A stretch of 64,000 nt of DNA from Leucoraja erinacea. Taxonomy: Eukaryota. Numbering within the stretch: the first letter of the stretch is position 1; each line of letters begins with the position of its first letter. A program made the position numbers and the translations under genes. The notes under the pieces were generated by a model. That model ran no database searches, was not told where the DNA came from, and saw only the letters and a program-made list of their open reading frames with translations. The DNA lies in assembly GCF_028641065.1 (NCBI RefSeq), contig NC_073381.1, positions 9,920,001 through 9,984,000 of the forward strand, read 5' to 3'. Of the stretch, positions 1 to 12,542 are shown piece after piece.

Positions 1-139
1 ATTGAAACAATAAACAAATAGTTCAACGAGGGAAAGGACAGTACTGGGAAATGAACCAGGCTAAGTGATTGAAGTTTCAGTGGGAAAGTCAGACTACAGT
101 AAGTTTTAAGATGGTTATAAATAGGAATTAGACTAGATC

Positions 140-288
140 TGTTTTTAATTTGTGTTTCTGTGATGTCTTTATTATTTATTTTATTCTGATTATATGTTTA
201 TATTCCTGTTAACCTATGTAAGGTGTCCTTGAGATGTCTGAAAGGCGCCCAATAAATAAAATGTATTATTTATTATTATTATTATTAG
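140..288 (+). mobile_element. L2-type retroposon 3' end with (TTA)n tail
   Basis: gtaaggtgtccttgag...gaaaggcgccc...aataaaatgtattatt. Same family as 29835-30325 (opposite strand) and 17430-17568. Confidence 0.6.
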
Positions 289-639
289 ATCATTCTCTAC
301 AAATGCCGCTACTTTTAGCTGGTAGCCCGTGATGGTATTCAGGCCCTACCTCAATCACCTGGCATCTGCATGATTGGGTTGAGGTTCTAACTTGTTCAGG
401 AATTCTCCCTGGACATCCCTGATAACTTTGCAGAGATCATACCAGGCCTTCAGAGAGCAGTAGGTGCCTGGAACGCATTGTTGAGGGAGGTGGTAGTAGC
501 AGAGGCTACAACAACAGATAAGAGGTTTTGAGACAAATGGGTATACAGTCAGGGAGTGGGATAATATGGGATTAGTTAGATTGATAGTATCATCAGCACA
601 GACATAGTGAGCTAAGGAACCTGTTCTTGCGCCATACTG

Positions 640-935
640 TTAGTTTAGTTTAGAGATACAGCGTGGAAACAGGCCCTTCGGCCCACGCTGACCAACGATC
701 ACCCCTGCACTTGTTCAATGTTATCCTAGTTTCTCATCTTACACACTGGAAGCAATTTACAGAGGCCAATATACCTACAAACCTGAACGTCTTTGGAATG
801 TGGGTGGAAATCGATGCACCTGGAGAAAACACACACTGCCACAGGGAGAATGTACAAACTCTGCACCATGGTATCATAGTCATAATTTAAACTGGGTCTC
901 TGGTACTGTAAGGCAGCAACTCTACCACTATGCTG
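640..935 (-). mobile_element. tRNA-derived V-SINE (HE1-like)
   Basis: Reverse complement of the SINE at 24862-25170, with (ctaaa)n tail. Confidence 0.75.
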
Positions 936-2357
936 CTCTATGCTGTTCTATGTTCTCTTTTCAAGGTCTATGTATTCTATGGTGTAGGGAACCATGCTTG
1001 TTCTGATCTTTTTGTGCTGCATGAACGTTCAGGGAAATTAGATGGTTCTCCTATCAAGCCCGTAAAGCCAAAATGGGGGTATAAGGAAAGCTAAAACTGA
1101 CCTCTCATCTACCTCATTGGAGACCATTGAACTTTCTTTAATTGGACTCTATTAAACCTCAATGTTATATATTTGCACAAAATGTTGGACCCTTTATTTC
1201 TGCACGGTGGACAGCTTTATTGCATTGATGTTTTGTCTTTTTTTTAAAACTGGATAAAAGTAAACGTAAACAAAAGCTTTTCACTGTATCTCAATACACG
1301 CGACAATAATAATAAATTAAACCAAACTATAATATTCCTCAGCATAACTACCATATCGTTGCACTGCTTTTACAGAAATAAAATGGGAAAATTATACAAT
1401 TAGCATTGCCAGCAGCTGACCTTAATTGAATGTTCACTTCGACAAGCTGCTGTGTAGCAGAAACTCAGATGGAAGTTAAAAGATGTTCAAATTGTGACCA
1501 TCAGTGAACAATGGACATATAATGGAGAGAACTAACTCCTGAAGTAAAACATCATCTTGGATATTCAAATGATGAGCAGCCACAGAATAAATATGAATAC
1601 TCAATTCATCTCCAATTAATCTCTTTTTAAAATGGATGGTTTAATTTCCACGTTTAACGGTTGAATCGAATTACAGCCTTTCATTAACATATTAAGATCT
1701 TTAAGGCTCATTAAGCTGCATATTGGGAAAGTGAAGGCTAATTAATTTACAGAAACTGCATACGAGTCCAACCATATCCCAACATAAACAAGAGCTTATT
1801 AATTTTCAGTGATAAACTGTCTGAGATCTGTAAGATACGATTAATGATTTATTTTCTCTCTCTGCGAGTGATTACCCTGTCACAGCTCCCGAATATAAGC
1901 ATGATCTTCCCTAGGGAAGAGTCAAAACATAGCAAATGCAGCTGTGTAAAACTTTGGCTTTGTTAAAGTCAAATACTAGAGTTGTCACCTATTGTGAATG
2001 CCGGGCATTCAAGGATAAAGAGAAAGCTGTCAGTTTCACTGTTACCCTTGCGCTTCAGCGAGATCTGATCAATTGACCTAGCCACTGTTCGTTTGATGGG
2101 CAAAGCACCTCCGCGGTTTGAAACCTCTTTCTGTGCCCGCTGTTAGCTTTGCCCACCTTCAATAGAACACTGACCATGAAGATATTCCACAACTTGTGAT
2201 GCACTTGTTTTTGAAGGATGAATGGCATCAAATAAATACAAAACATGATCCACTATTGCCTGCTCAAAAACCAGCAGTTCCTCCTTAAATGATTACCTTG
2301 TACCTACATATTTGGGTGAAAGTTGAGGACTTGCATTTGGCAATGATGCAGTCATAG

Positions 2358-2653
2358 GCAACAGACAATAGGTGCAGGAGAAGGCCATTCGGCATTCATT
2401 GTGATCATGGCTGATCATCCCCAATCAGTACCCCATTCCTGCCTTCTACCCATATCCCTTAACTCTGCTATCTTTAAGAGCCCTATCTAGTTCTCTCTTG
2501 AAAGTATCCAGAGAACCAGCCTCCACCACCCTCTGAGGCAGAGAATTCCACAGACTCACAACTGTGTGAAAAAGTGTTTCCTCATCTCCGTTCAAAATGG
2601 CTTGCACCTTATTCTTAAACAGTGGCCCCTGGTTCTGGACTGCCCCAACATCG
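2358..2653 (-). mobile_element. CR1 LINE 3' fragment
   Basis: Encodes VVSLWNSLPQRVVEAGSLDTFKRELD (CR1 ORF2 C-terminus) with (ctattgt)n tail. Confidence 0.85.
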
Positions 2654-3159
2654 GGTTGCGTTGGGGGAACGAGTGAGTGGTGGAATATTGCGATGGGGGA
2701 ATGGGGTACAATGGCTCCCACCTGGGGTAGGGAGGAAAGAGGGTTCATGGACAATGTTAACAAAGACAGGACTCCCAGTTCAATGAGAGATTTGTAACAT
2801 TGTGGTAAGGAGAGGGAGGGAGTGGGGTAAGGGACAAGGAGAGGATTGTTGTTTAATGTTATTTAAACAGATAGAAGGAGAGGAGGGGGTAGGGAGAGGA
2901 GAGAGGTTATGGAGCTGTTAATCCTGGCTAAATTGGAGAGGCTAGGACTTCAAAATGGGATCAAAGCTTCAGGGCTGCAAGGAGATGTGGTCAATTTGGA
3001 ATTGCTCTCTGCAGAGCTGGGACAAGCTGCGAAGAGGTGCCAGTGTGTCGAGAGCTTAGATACAAATTGCAAGCAAAGAATACGATAATCTGCAAACCCT
3101 GTCAATTAGGTGCAAAATGCATAGAATGGATTGGATGGCTGCAAACCAGACATACACCT

Positions 3160-3678
3160 TGTAAATAATTGTAAATAATGTTGCAGAGTTCGACTTTGCC
3201 TAGTGTTGATTGGATGAGGTATTGAGGCTTGGCTGGGTTTCCTGTAGATCAGGGTAAATGTTTCAAAGTTGGCTTCCTTACTAAGTCAATTTTGAATACA
3301 ATGTATTGAGCAGCTGTATTATTGGGTTTGGGGAATGTTTGTTATGTATGGGGCTAAACGATATCTGTAATTGGATTATTATGAGACTTCCCCCATGTGG
3401 TTCGGTCCCTTGAGGACCCGGGGCATAAACTGCGACAACGAGGTTCAGTGTCGATCTTCTGGGAGAGCACTTGGGACTGCGTGAACTTCTGGAATGTCTG
3501 AGCGAGGCCTAGAGGGCATGAATAGGCAGATAGGAGGATTGAACCCGGGGTGGGATAGGTACAGTAGTTGAACTGCAACGTGATTTTGTTAAAATAAAAT
3601 TTAGTTGTTTCAAGTGCTTGATTCAGTGTTTTACTGAAACGAGTCTGGGGGGGGGAGCTTAAAAATGACCAATTTACA
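3160..3678 (+). mobile_element. Probable LTR, followed by a degenerate internal region to about 5560
   Basis: TGTAAAT...ATTTACA inverted termini, AATAAA near 3593, and a weak tRNA-Pro-type PBS resemblance directly after (taggggatctc). Confidence 0.45.
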
Positions 3679-3873
3679 TAGGGGATCTCAAGGGTGTTGA
3701 GCTGTTTTGATCGAGACTGCAGAAATCGGGCCTACGGTGTGGTTCTCTCATTGATTTTCGGCACTTCGTCAGTCAGAGCAGATCGATCATTCACTTGGGA
3801 AAGGGTCTAATCGAAATCATTAGAACAGAGTCTAACAAGCATGGGGGAGGGGGGTGGTGGTCAGCACTCCTTT

Positions 3874-3956
3874 GGGTTAGAGGCCCATAAAACCAGGGTG
3901 GGGTTAGAGGCCCTGCTGGGGTTGGGTTAGAGGCCCTTTCCTGGATTAGAGGCCTA
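3874..3956 (+). repeat. Four spaced copies of GG(G/A)TTAGAGGCC
   Basis: Direct repeats visible at about 25-nt spacing. Confidence 0.75.
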
Positions 3957-5284
3957 AAACTTTGGTCGTTGTTGGCAGACTGCAGCTGCTTTAACGAGAG
4001 CCAAACGTACTTCATCGGCGAGGAGTGGCCCAGAGTTAGACTTGGTATCCAATTTGGTGGGGTGTTAAAATACAGGTCTTGCCATCGATCGGACCATTGC
4101 TGGGAGCACGAATTGTAAAGGTCGCTCTGGAAATCGGCATCGATAACTCACAGCACAAAGGTGTCCAGCAGAGATCCTAGGTGCCCAGCTGAGATCCTCG
4201 GTGCCCAGCAGAGAGGAGTGTCTGTGTGTAGGTATGAGTCTCTCCCTGATGTGATGAAGAACCTCGAGAAGGTACTGGGCTTGGATGGACAGAGTATAGA
4301 TTGGCCGGAATACTCCAGTCCGTTCAAGAATTCAACTGGGCAATTTTAGTTGACATCAGTTCCTCCTGTTGGTCACTTGTTTTTGGGGAGCTACATTACC
4401 TTTTGCTGTCTTCTTCCCGTTCTTAAGGGGTCTGTGCATTCTTTTACCTCACTCCCCACATAGTCTCTCATTGATATACTGCCCTGCCCCTTTAAGATCT
4501 TTGGGAAGGCCAGCAGGCAGAGCAATATGCTCCTCAGTATCTCCACTCCCTAGTAACTGAAACTACTATCAGAAAGGATGAAGAAAAGGACCTTACCCTA
4601 GTGCCCAACTTTCTCTAGCTATTGGAGAAAGAAAAGGAAGGAGAATAAAGGAAACTTTAATTATCTATGAAAGAAACAACACCAACAACTTATAACAACT
4701 TCTGGGACAAGCCCCACTTTAAAGAACTGACTTCAAATAAAAAAATATTCTTCTGTGGTTTGGAATAAAATACCTGAATTGTGTCTAAATTATGGGTATT
4801 AGAAATAAATTTATAAATTTTGGATTCGGTCTCGAAATTGTATGGTGATGAATTGGAGGGACTTTGAATTTGAGATTTGGAATAGACTTGTGGAATCTGA
4901 CAGGAATAATTGGAGCTTGATTATTAACTGACATTGATATTATCCACAGAAAGGAAGACAAAGATGGAAAGGATTGTTCAAAGGGCATCAAGAAGGATGG
5001 AATTTGGGAAGATCTGGTAACATGGAATTACTTAGGGAATATGAATTGAAATTAGAATTGGGATTAAAATTGGAAATAAATTAGAAAATTAAAATGGGAA
5101 TTGAAATTGAAATTGGAGTTGGAGTTGGAAATGGTCAAAAGAGGACCTGTGAGCAGCAGGACTTCCCTTTAAGAGACCGGACCAAGGAATTATTCAGTAG
5201 TTAAGAACTAGTACCAGCGAGAACCCTAGATAAAGAACAAAGCCAATAGAATAAAAGCAAGAACCCCTAGACAGAGAATGAAGC

Positions 5285-5345
5285 CAACATAGTAAAGAGC
5301 TAACATAGTAAAGAGCTAACATAGTAGGGAATCAACATAGTAATG
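5285..5345 (+). repeat. 16-nt minisatellite AACATAGTAAAGAGCT, about 4 degenerate copies
   Basis: Tandem units seen directly. Confidence 0.7.
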
Positions 5346-6244
5346 AGTTACCACAGTGAGGAGTGCATACATAAATAAGAAGAGGTACTGGACGAAAGAC
5401 TTAGTAAAATGTAGGGAGAAACTTGAATTGTATTGAGAATAGCAGAGCCGATGCATATTTGCCCGATGGATTTGAATTGTTTAACCCTTGATGGTAAAGC
5501 GGCTTCTATTATCAAGGTGGAAAGAAATTGGCCCTGGATTTGGCATTCTCACCCAGAAGGTGGGCAGGGTCTAGAATTCAGAAACAGAAACTCTCAATAC
5601 ATGTAAACAGCATTTAGACATGAAGATTTGGGATGTGCAGGGATACAGTCCTAGTGCTGGAAGGTGGGATTGTCATGTAGCTGTTTTTTGACTGGCAACA
5701 GCACAATGGGCTAAATTGCATTCTTTGTGTTGTGACTCTTCTATGATTCTTTGTCCTTGTACATACAGGAGGGATTGCTGGATCTAGTTACAAAGGCAAA
5801 ATTGATTATGAAGATGAGCTAATTATATGTTGATCATAATTCAATGAGATTTAAGGATCAAATAGAAAAAGAATGGTTTATTCAAAAGTCGAAAGGAGAG
5901 CAGATGCAAGGCAGATACGGACTAAGCTAGATAGGGGAAGTGAAAAGTGGAATTAGCTCATGGAATTACAGATTCAATGGGTAAATATTTTAAAGCTTAT
6001 AGTGGAAACATAGAATAAATAAATGACATTGATTTAATTCTATTGAGAAACAAAAGAGGCTGGAAAGTTAACATATTGATCAAGATGGAATAAGAGGAGA
6101 AAATTTTATGGAAAAATTAAAATATTCCTTAAGATACAATGAGGTGAATTGAGTGGTTAGTGCACGAGAAAAAATGAGAGAATCACATAAATATGAATCC
6201 ATTTTATGTTGTTTTAAATTAATAAATGTGCAGGAACATCTTAC

Positions 6245-6307
6245 CTTTTCCCCTCCTGGACCAGAGTCACCTTTATCTCCTTTCTGGGGAACACTCCAAG
6301 CTGCTCC
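6245..6307 (-). CDS. COL19A1: COL19A1-like first collagenous exon (63 nt): GAAWSVPQKGDKGDSGPGGEK
   Basis: ttctattaatttag acceptor and AAG|gtaaga donor. Length is a multiple of 9, starts with Gly and ends in four Gly-X-Y triplets. Confidence 0.8.
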
Positions 6308-6954
6308 CTAAATTAATAGAATAGAAAATAGTTAACTATCAATTTGATAAAAATGAAGACAGATAATTCTGGGAATGAACAGCAGTTTGTACAGTAATCA
6401 GAAAGAAGCTATAGTCTTGTGCACTTCATCAGCAAAGGTAAACATGTGTAATATTCCTTTCTTAATTGTCATTGGCAATGCAGGTTAGATTCTCATTAAT
6501 CCCATTTACTGCCTGTGCCTATTGCATTTTCCACCATAAATTGTATTAAAAGCAACTTTGTGTCCTCACTCTCCCTTGTGCCCTTGATCTGAACTGGGTA
6601 AGCCATATATCATTTGACCACTACGTTCGATGTGCTACTACCTAAAGCAACAGGAAGTTGGTTTGAGTCTAGAAATGTACAATCAAACCAGGCGCACAAA
6701 GTTTCATGTATTGACATTGTTCACTGATGTCCTGTAATCTGATGTGCTACATGGGCAGTGTCCACATGAAAACAAAGATCTTCCGTCCCTCATGATGATT
6801 TAACATTGTAGAATCAAATAACTACAGATGCTGGTTACAAAATTAGACACAAAGTGCTAGAGTAAACTTTGTTAGGCAGCATCTCTGGAGAACATGGATA
6901 GATGACATTTCAGGTCAGACTGATTGTAATAGACATCAGACAGACATAGACAAT

Positions 6955-9100
6955 GTCTGACAATGTATGGACAGATTATCGATTGACGTCTACTACAAAC
7001 CCATCAACTCCCACCATTATCTGGACTGTGATTCCTGCCACTCTGCCTCTTGCAAATACCGCTATCTCCTACTCTCAATTTCTCCGTCTCCACTACATCT
7101 GCACACAAGATGTGTTTTCCATCTGCACTCTTTCTTTAGCAAAGTGGTTTCCCCCACTGCGGTCATAGATGGGTCCTTCATGCTCATCGCTTCTGTGTCC
7201 TATAATTGTATTCTTGCACCCTATCCCCCCAGATGACAATAGACAATAGGTGCAGGAGTAGGCCATTCGGCCCTTCGAGCCAGCTCCGCCATTCAATGTG
7301 ATCATGGCTGATTATCCACAATCAGTATCCCGTTCCTACCTTCTCCCCATATGCCCCGACTCAACTATCTTTACGAGCCCAATCTAACTCTCTCTTGAAA
7401 GTATCCAGAAAACCGGCCTCTACCACCCTCTGAGGCAGAGAATTCCACAAACTCACAACTCTCTGTGAAAAAGCGTTTCCTCATCTCTGTTCTAAATGGC
7501 ATACCCCTTATTCTTAAACTGTAGCCCCTGGTTCTTGACTCCCCCAACATCGGGAATATGTTTCCTGCCTCTAGCGTATCCAAACCTTTAATAATCTTGT
7601 ATGTTTCAATAAGATGCCCTCTCATCCCTCTAAATTCCAGAGTATACAAGCCCAGCTGCTCCTTTCTCTCAGCATACGACATTCGTGCCATCCTGGAAAT
7701 TAACCTTGTGAGCTTACGCTGCACTCCCTCAATAGCAAGAATGTCCTTCCTCAAATTTGGAGACCAAAACTGAACATGATACTCCAGGTGTGGTCTCACT
7801 AGGGCCCTGTACAACTGCAGAATGACCTCTTTGCTCCTATACTCAACTCCTCTTGTTATGAAGGCCAACATCCATTCGCTTTCTTCACTGACTGCAGTAT
7901 CTGCATGCTTACTTTCATTAAATGGTGAGCAAGGACTCCCAGATCCTGTTGTACTTCCCCTTTTCCCAACTTGACACTATTTAGATAATAATCTGCTTTC
8001 CTGTTTTGCTACCAAAGCGGATAACCTCACATGTATCCACATTAAACCGCATCTGCCATGCATCTGCCCACTCACCCAACCTGTCCAAGTCGCCCTGCAT
8101 TCTCAGAGCATCCTCCTCACAGTTCATAATGCCACCTAGCTTTGTGTCATCTGCAAATTTGCAAATGTTACTTTGAATCCCTTCTTCTAAATCATTGATG
8201 TATATTGTAAATAGCTGTGGTCCCAGCACCGAGCCTTGCGGTACCCCACTAGTCACTGCCTGCCATTCTGAAAGGGACTCGTTAATCCCTACTCTTCGTG
8301 TCCTGTCTGCCAACCAATTTTCTATTCATGTCAGCAATCTACCCCCAATACCATGTGCCCTAATTGTGTCCACTAATCTCCTATGTGGGACTTTATCAAG
8401 TGCTTTCTGAAAGACCAGGTACACTACATCCACTGACACTCCCTTGTCCATTTTCCTAGTTACATCCTCAAAAAATTCCAGAAGATTAGTCAAGCATGAT
8501 TTCCCCTTCGTAAATCCATACTGACTCGGACCGATCCTGTTACTGCTATCTAACTGTGCCGCTATTTCATCTTTTATAATAAAGGCCATTGACTCCAGCA
8601 CCTTCCCCACCACCGATGTCAGACTAACTGGTCTATAATTCCTTGTTTTCTCTCTTCCACCTTTCTTAAAAAGTGGGATAACATTAGCTACCTTCCAATC
8701 CACAGGAACTGATCCTGAGTGTATAGAACATTGGAAAATGATCACCAATGCATCCACGATTTCTGGAGCCACTTCATTAAGTGCCCTGAGATGCAGACCC
8801 TCAGGCCCTGGGAATTTATCAGCCTTCAGTCCCATCAGTCTACCCAACACCATGGAACAAAGAAAAGTTCCCTGGTCCTTACCTTTCACACAACCAATCT
8901 CCGCATCCAACACATCATTCTCTGATATTTTCACAACCTACTATAGGACCCCACCACCCATCACATCTTCCCATCCCCACCTTCTTTCCGCCTTCCGCAA
9001 AGACAGCTCCCTCTGCAATTCCATGATTCGCTCATCCCACCCCACCTCTTTCCCCTGCAAATGCAGGAGATGTAACGCGTGTACCTATACCCCTCTCTCA
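6955..9100 (+). mobile_element. Penelope-like element relic (6955-7234 and about 8851-9100) split by a CR1 insertion
   Basis: DVYYKPINSHHYLD and AISYSQFLRL (PLE RT C-terminus); resumes after the CR1 with LVLTFHTTNLRIQHII. Confidence 0.75.
7235..8853 (-). mobile_element. 5'-truncated CR1 LINE with frameshifted RT
   Basis: ORFs 8326-8934, 7981-8313 and 7371-7871 contain [27 protein letters not shown] and LVRPHLEY; 3' tail at 7235. Confidence 0.95.
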
Positions 9101-9969
9101 CTTCAATTTCCTTTAGCGATGCTGCCAGTCCAGATCAGTTACTCCAGCATTTTGTGTCTATCTTCGGAGAAGACTATAGAACTAAAGGGCATGGGTTTAT
9201 GGTGAGAGGACGGAAATTTAAAGGAGGTCTAAGAGATATGTTATCCCCATACAAAAGGTGGTGGTTATCGGGAACAACCAGCCAGAAATAATTGCAACAT
9301 TGAAATAGGGACTTAAACAGACACTTAGATGGGAAAGACATAGCGGGATATGGGCCTAATGCAGTCAAATGAGGTTACAGTAGGTAGGTGTCACCATTGG
9401 CAAGGATGAGGTGGGCTGAAAGGGCCTATTTTGTGCTGTATAATTCTGCGATCTATGCGAACACCAGAGTAATTATGTAACAGGAGACATTGTGGGTCAA
9501 ACCCAAGCTCCAGTTCTTAATTTATTAAACTAACCATCACTTTTGCCCATTACTTAAAACAACAGAGATACGTGATACAACTTTGCCAGGTTTGAAACAG
9601 TATACTCCATAAATTCAAGTCGAAATTCCACTGGTTTTAAAACTGCAATATTATCAATAGAAACAGTGCTTTTTAAATTCAGTGTGAAAAACTGCTGAAG
9701 TTTTAATGTGAACACATGCTCATTTTACAAATGAAAATCAACAAAACTAAATACAAACATTGATATATTTCTGTTGCTACAATTGTATTAAGTAACATAG
9801 ATAATTGGTTATGCACCCTACTGAAAATAGCACCTGCCGCTGATGCCTTTGCTTAATCTATTCATGCTTATAACTTTCTCCTTTTACTGAGAATGGTATA
9901 GAACAATCCAGGAAGATAAGAATATCTATGTTATATCTGAACAAATTAAAACATAGAAAGAGTTGATAA

Positions 9970-10085
9970 ACACAAAATGCTGGAGTAACTCAGTGGTTCT
10001 GAAGAAGGGTTCCCACGCGAAATGTCACCTATTCTCCAGAGATGCTGCCTGACTCACTGAGTTACTCCAGCATTGTGTGCCTATC
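9970..10085 (+). repeat. Penelope-derived short repeat, fold-back arrangement, degenerate hammerhead core
   Basis: aatgctggagtaactcagtg ... cactgagttactccagcatt arms flank ctgaagaaggg...gaaatgtc. Confidence 0.6.
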
Positions 10086-11419
10086 TTTGGTATAAGCATG
10101 CCATGATTATATTGAAAGGCGGTGCTGGCTCGACGGGCCAAATGGCCTACTCCTGCACCTATTTTTCTATGTTTCTATAAAACGGCATCAGCAGTTCTTT
10201 GTTTCTATAGAAAGAATTGAGTTGGCCAATGGAATCTTTGGGCGTACAGTCGAAAATACTTCATCATGGGACAATATAATTCTCTAAACAATGGTTATTT
10301 ATCTGATCAAATCAACAACTGAAAAAGTAATGCTCTAAAAGTGGAAGGAAAAAACAATTAGAGGGAGTGTCAGCCCATTCGGCCTGATTGATCATGAAGT
10401 AGTTCACAACTCAGAATACCTTCAAGTACCTGATCGTAAATGAAATTTAAAGTGTAGTCATTCCTACAAGGATTCAGTGCTCAATGGTTTCACCTGGACA
10501 ACTTGGCTTCTAAACCTATCATTGATCAACCTATCATTGGACATAACAGCCAAAGAGATACATTTTGATTGCTTGACATCACGGCAGCATTCAGCACAAT
10601 GTGGCATAAAAGGGCCCTGGTAAAACTGAAGTCAATGGGTGTCAAGACCACAAGAAAATAGGGGAAAAGGTAAGCCTCTCAAGCCTGCCCCAAATATTCA
10701 AATGATCAGGCCATTTCTACGCAGGCCTCCTCTTCTGTACCAGTTCCCCATAGTCCTTAACTCCCTGATCTTTCAAAAATGTTTCTGCCTCCATCTGAAA
10801 TACATCAAATGATCTGACACCCACAACCCTCTGGGATAGAGAATTCCACAGATTCACCACACTGTGTAAAGAAATTTCCACAGCCTCCATTTTAAATAAC
10901 CACCCCCTTATCTTGGAACTATGTCCATTTGTTTGAGACTAAAAGTTGTTAACCCTCCAATACCATGCACAAAAGGTGTTGTGGTGGGGGTGGGGTACAA
11001 CTAATATCTCAGATTAATGAGAAGATTTTGGTGAGACATCAAACTGGAGAGCTGAATTCTCTCAGGGTGGGCATACAAAATAGCATTTTGCTACTTCTGG
11101 ATAAAGGATAGTAACCCTAAGTGGTCAGACCAATAAATATCCCCAACAACATAGAAAATGTTCAGATTTGTCATTTTTTTGCTCTTTATTGGCTGCTGTT
11201 TCCTACTACAGAACAGTAACTAAAGTAAATGTTTCATTCACTGTAAATGCTGTGGAATAACCTATCCATTAGACTAGGTGTTAAACAACTAAGTCCCCTT
11301 CTTATGTAGAGATTTCTATGTTGGACAGGGAACAGCCTAGAATCTCACCGGGAGAGAATCAGCATCAATAGGACAACATTCAGGTCTTGGCAAAGCCACA
11401 AGATTAGTGTGCTTAAACC

Positions 11420-11995
11420 ATTATAACCATATAACAATTACAGCACGGAAACAGGCCATCTTGGCCCTACAAGTCCGTGCCGAACAATTATTTTCCCTTA
11501 GTCCCACCTGCCTGCACTCATACCATAACCCTCCATTCCCTTCTCATCCATATGCCTATCCAATTTATTTTTAAATGATACCATCGAACCTGCCTCCACC
11601 AATTCCACTGGAAGCTCATTCCACACCGCTACCACTCTCTGAGTAAAGAAGTTCCCCCTCATATTACCCCTAAACTTCTGTCCCTTAATTCTGAAGTCAT
11701 GTCCTCTTGTTTGAATCTTCCCTATTCTCAAAGGGAAAAGCTTGTCTCTCCAATGGACCAATTTTATCCCTTGTTATCCTTTTGCTATTAATATAGCTGT
11801 AGAAACCCTTTGGATTTACTTTCACCTTACTTGCCAAAGCAACCTCATATCTTCTTTTAGCTTTTCTAATTTATTTCTTGAGATTCTTTTTACATTCCTT
11901 ATACTCCTCAAGCACCTCATTTACTTCATGCTGCCTATAATTATTGTAAATCTCCCTCTTTTTCCGAACAAGATGTCCAATTTCCCTTGAAAACC
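11420..11995 (-). mobile_element. CR1 fragments of a second subfamily ((TTATATGG)n-type tail)
   Basis: ORF 11498-11761 has TRGHDFRIKG...FFTQRVVAVWNELP; an upstream ORF2 piece is joined at about 11745. Confidence 0.8.
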
Positions 11996-12542
11996 AGTTC
12001 ATTATAGTTCATCATCTTCAGTGAAGGAATTATTGGAACTATTTACCAATGTGTAGATGATAGAAACATTTGCTCATGGGATTGGGAACTTATAGAAACA
12101 TAGAAAATAGGTGCAGGAGGAGGCCATTCGGCCCTTCGAGCCAGCAATGCCATTCATTGTGATCATAGCTGATCGTTCACAATCAGTAACCCATGCCTGG
12201 GTTTCGGCCCGAAATGTTGCCTATTTCCTTCGCTCCATAGATGCTGCTGCACCCGCTGAGTTTCTCCAGCTTTTCTGTGTAACCTGGTTCTCCCCATACC
12301 CCTTGATTCCATTAGACCCAAGAGCTCTATCTACTGTAACTCTATTTTAAATTCATCCAGTGAAATGGCCTCCACTGCATCTGGCAGAGAATTCCACAAA
12401 TTCACAACTCTCTGGGTGAAAAGGTTTTTTCTCGTCTCAGTTTTAAATGGCCTTCCCTTCATTCTTAGATTGTGGCATCTGGTTCTGGACTCCCCCAACA
12501 TTGGGAACATTTTTCCTGCATCTAGCTTGTCCAGTCCTTTTA

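Noticed and set aside
3874-3956. Spaced repeats as CRISPR array or telomeric seed
   Set aside because: Units are 13 nt with about 10-nt gaps, context is eukaryotic, no cas genes, and there is no (TTAGGG)n run.
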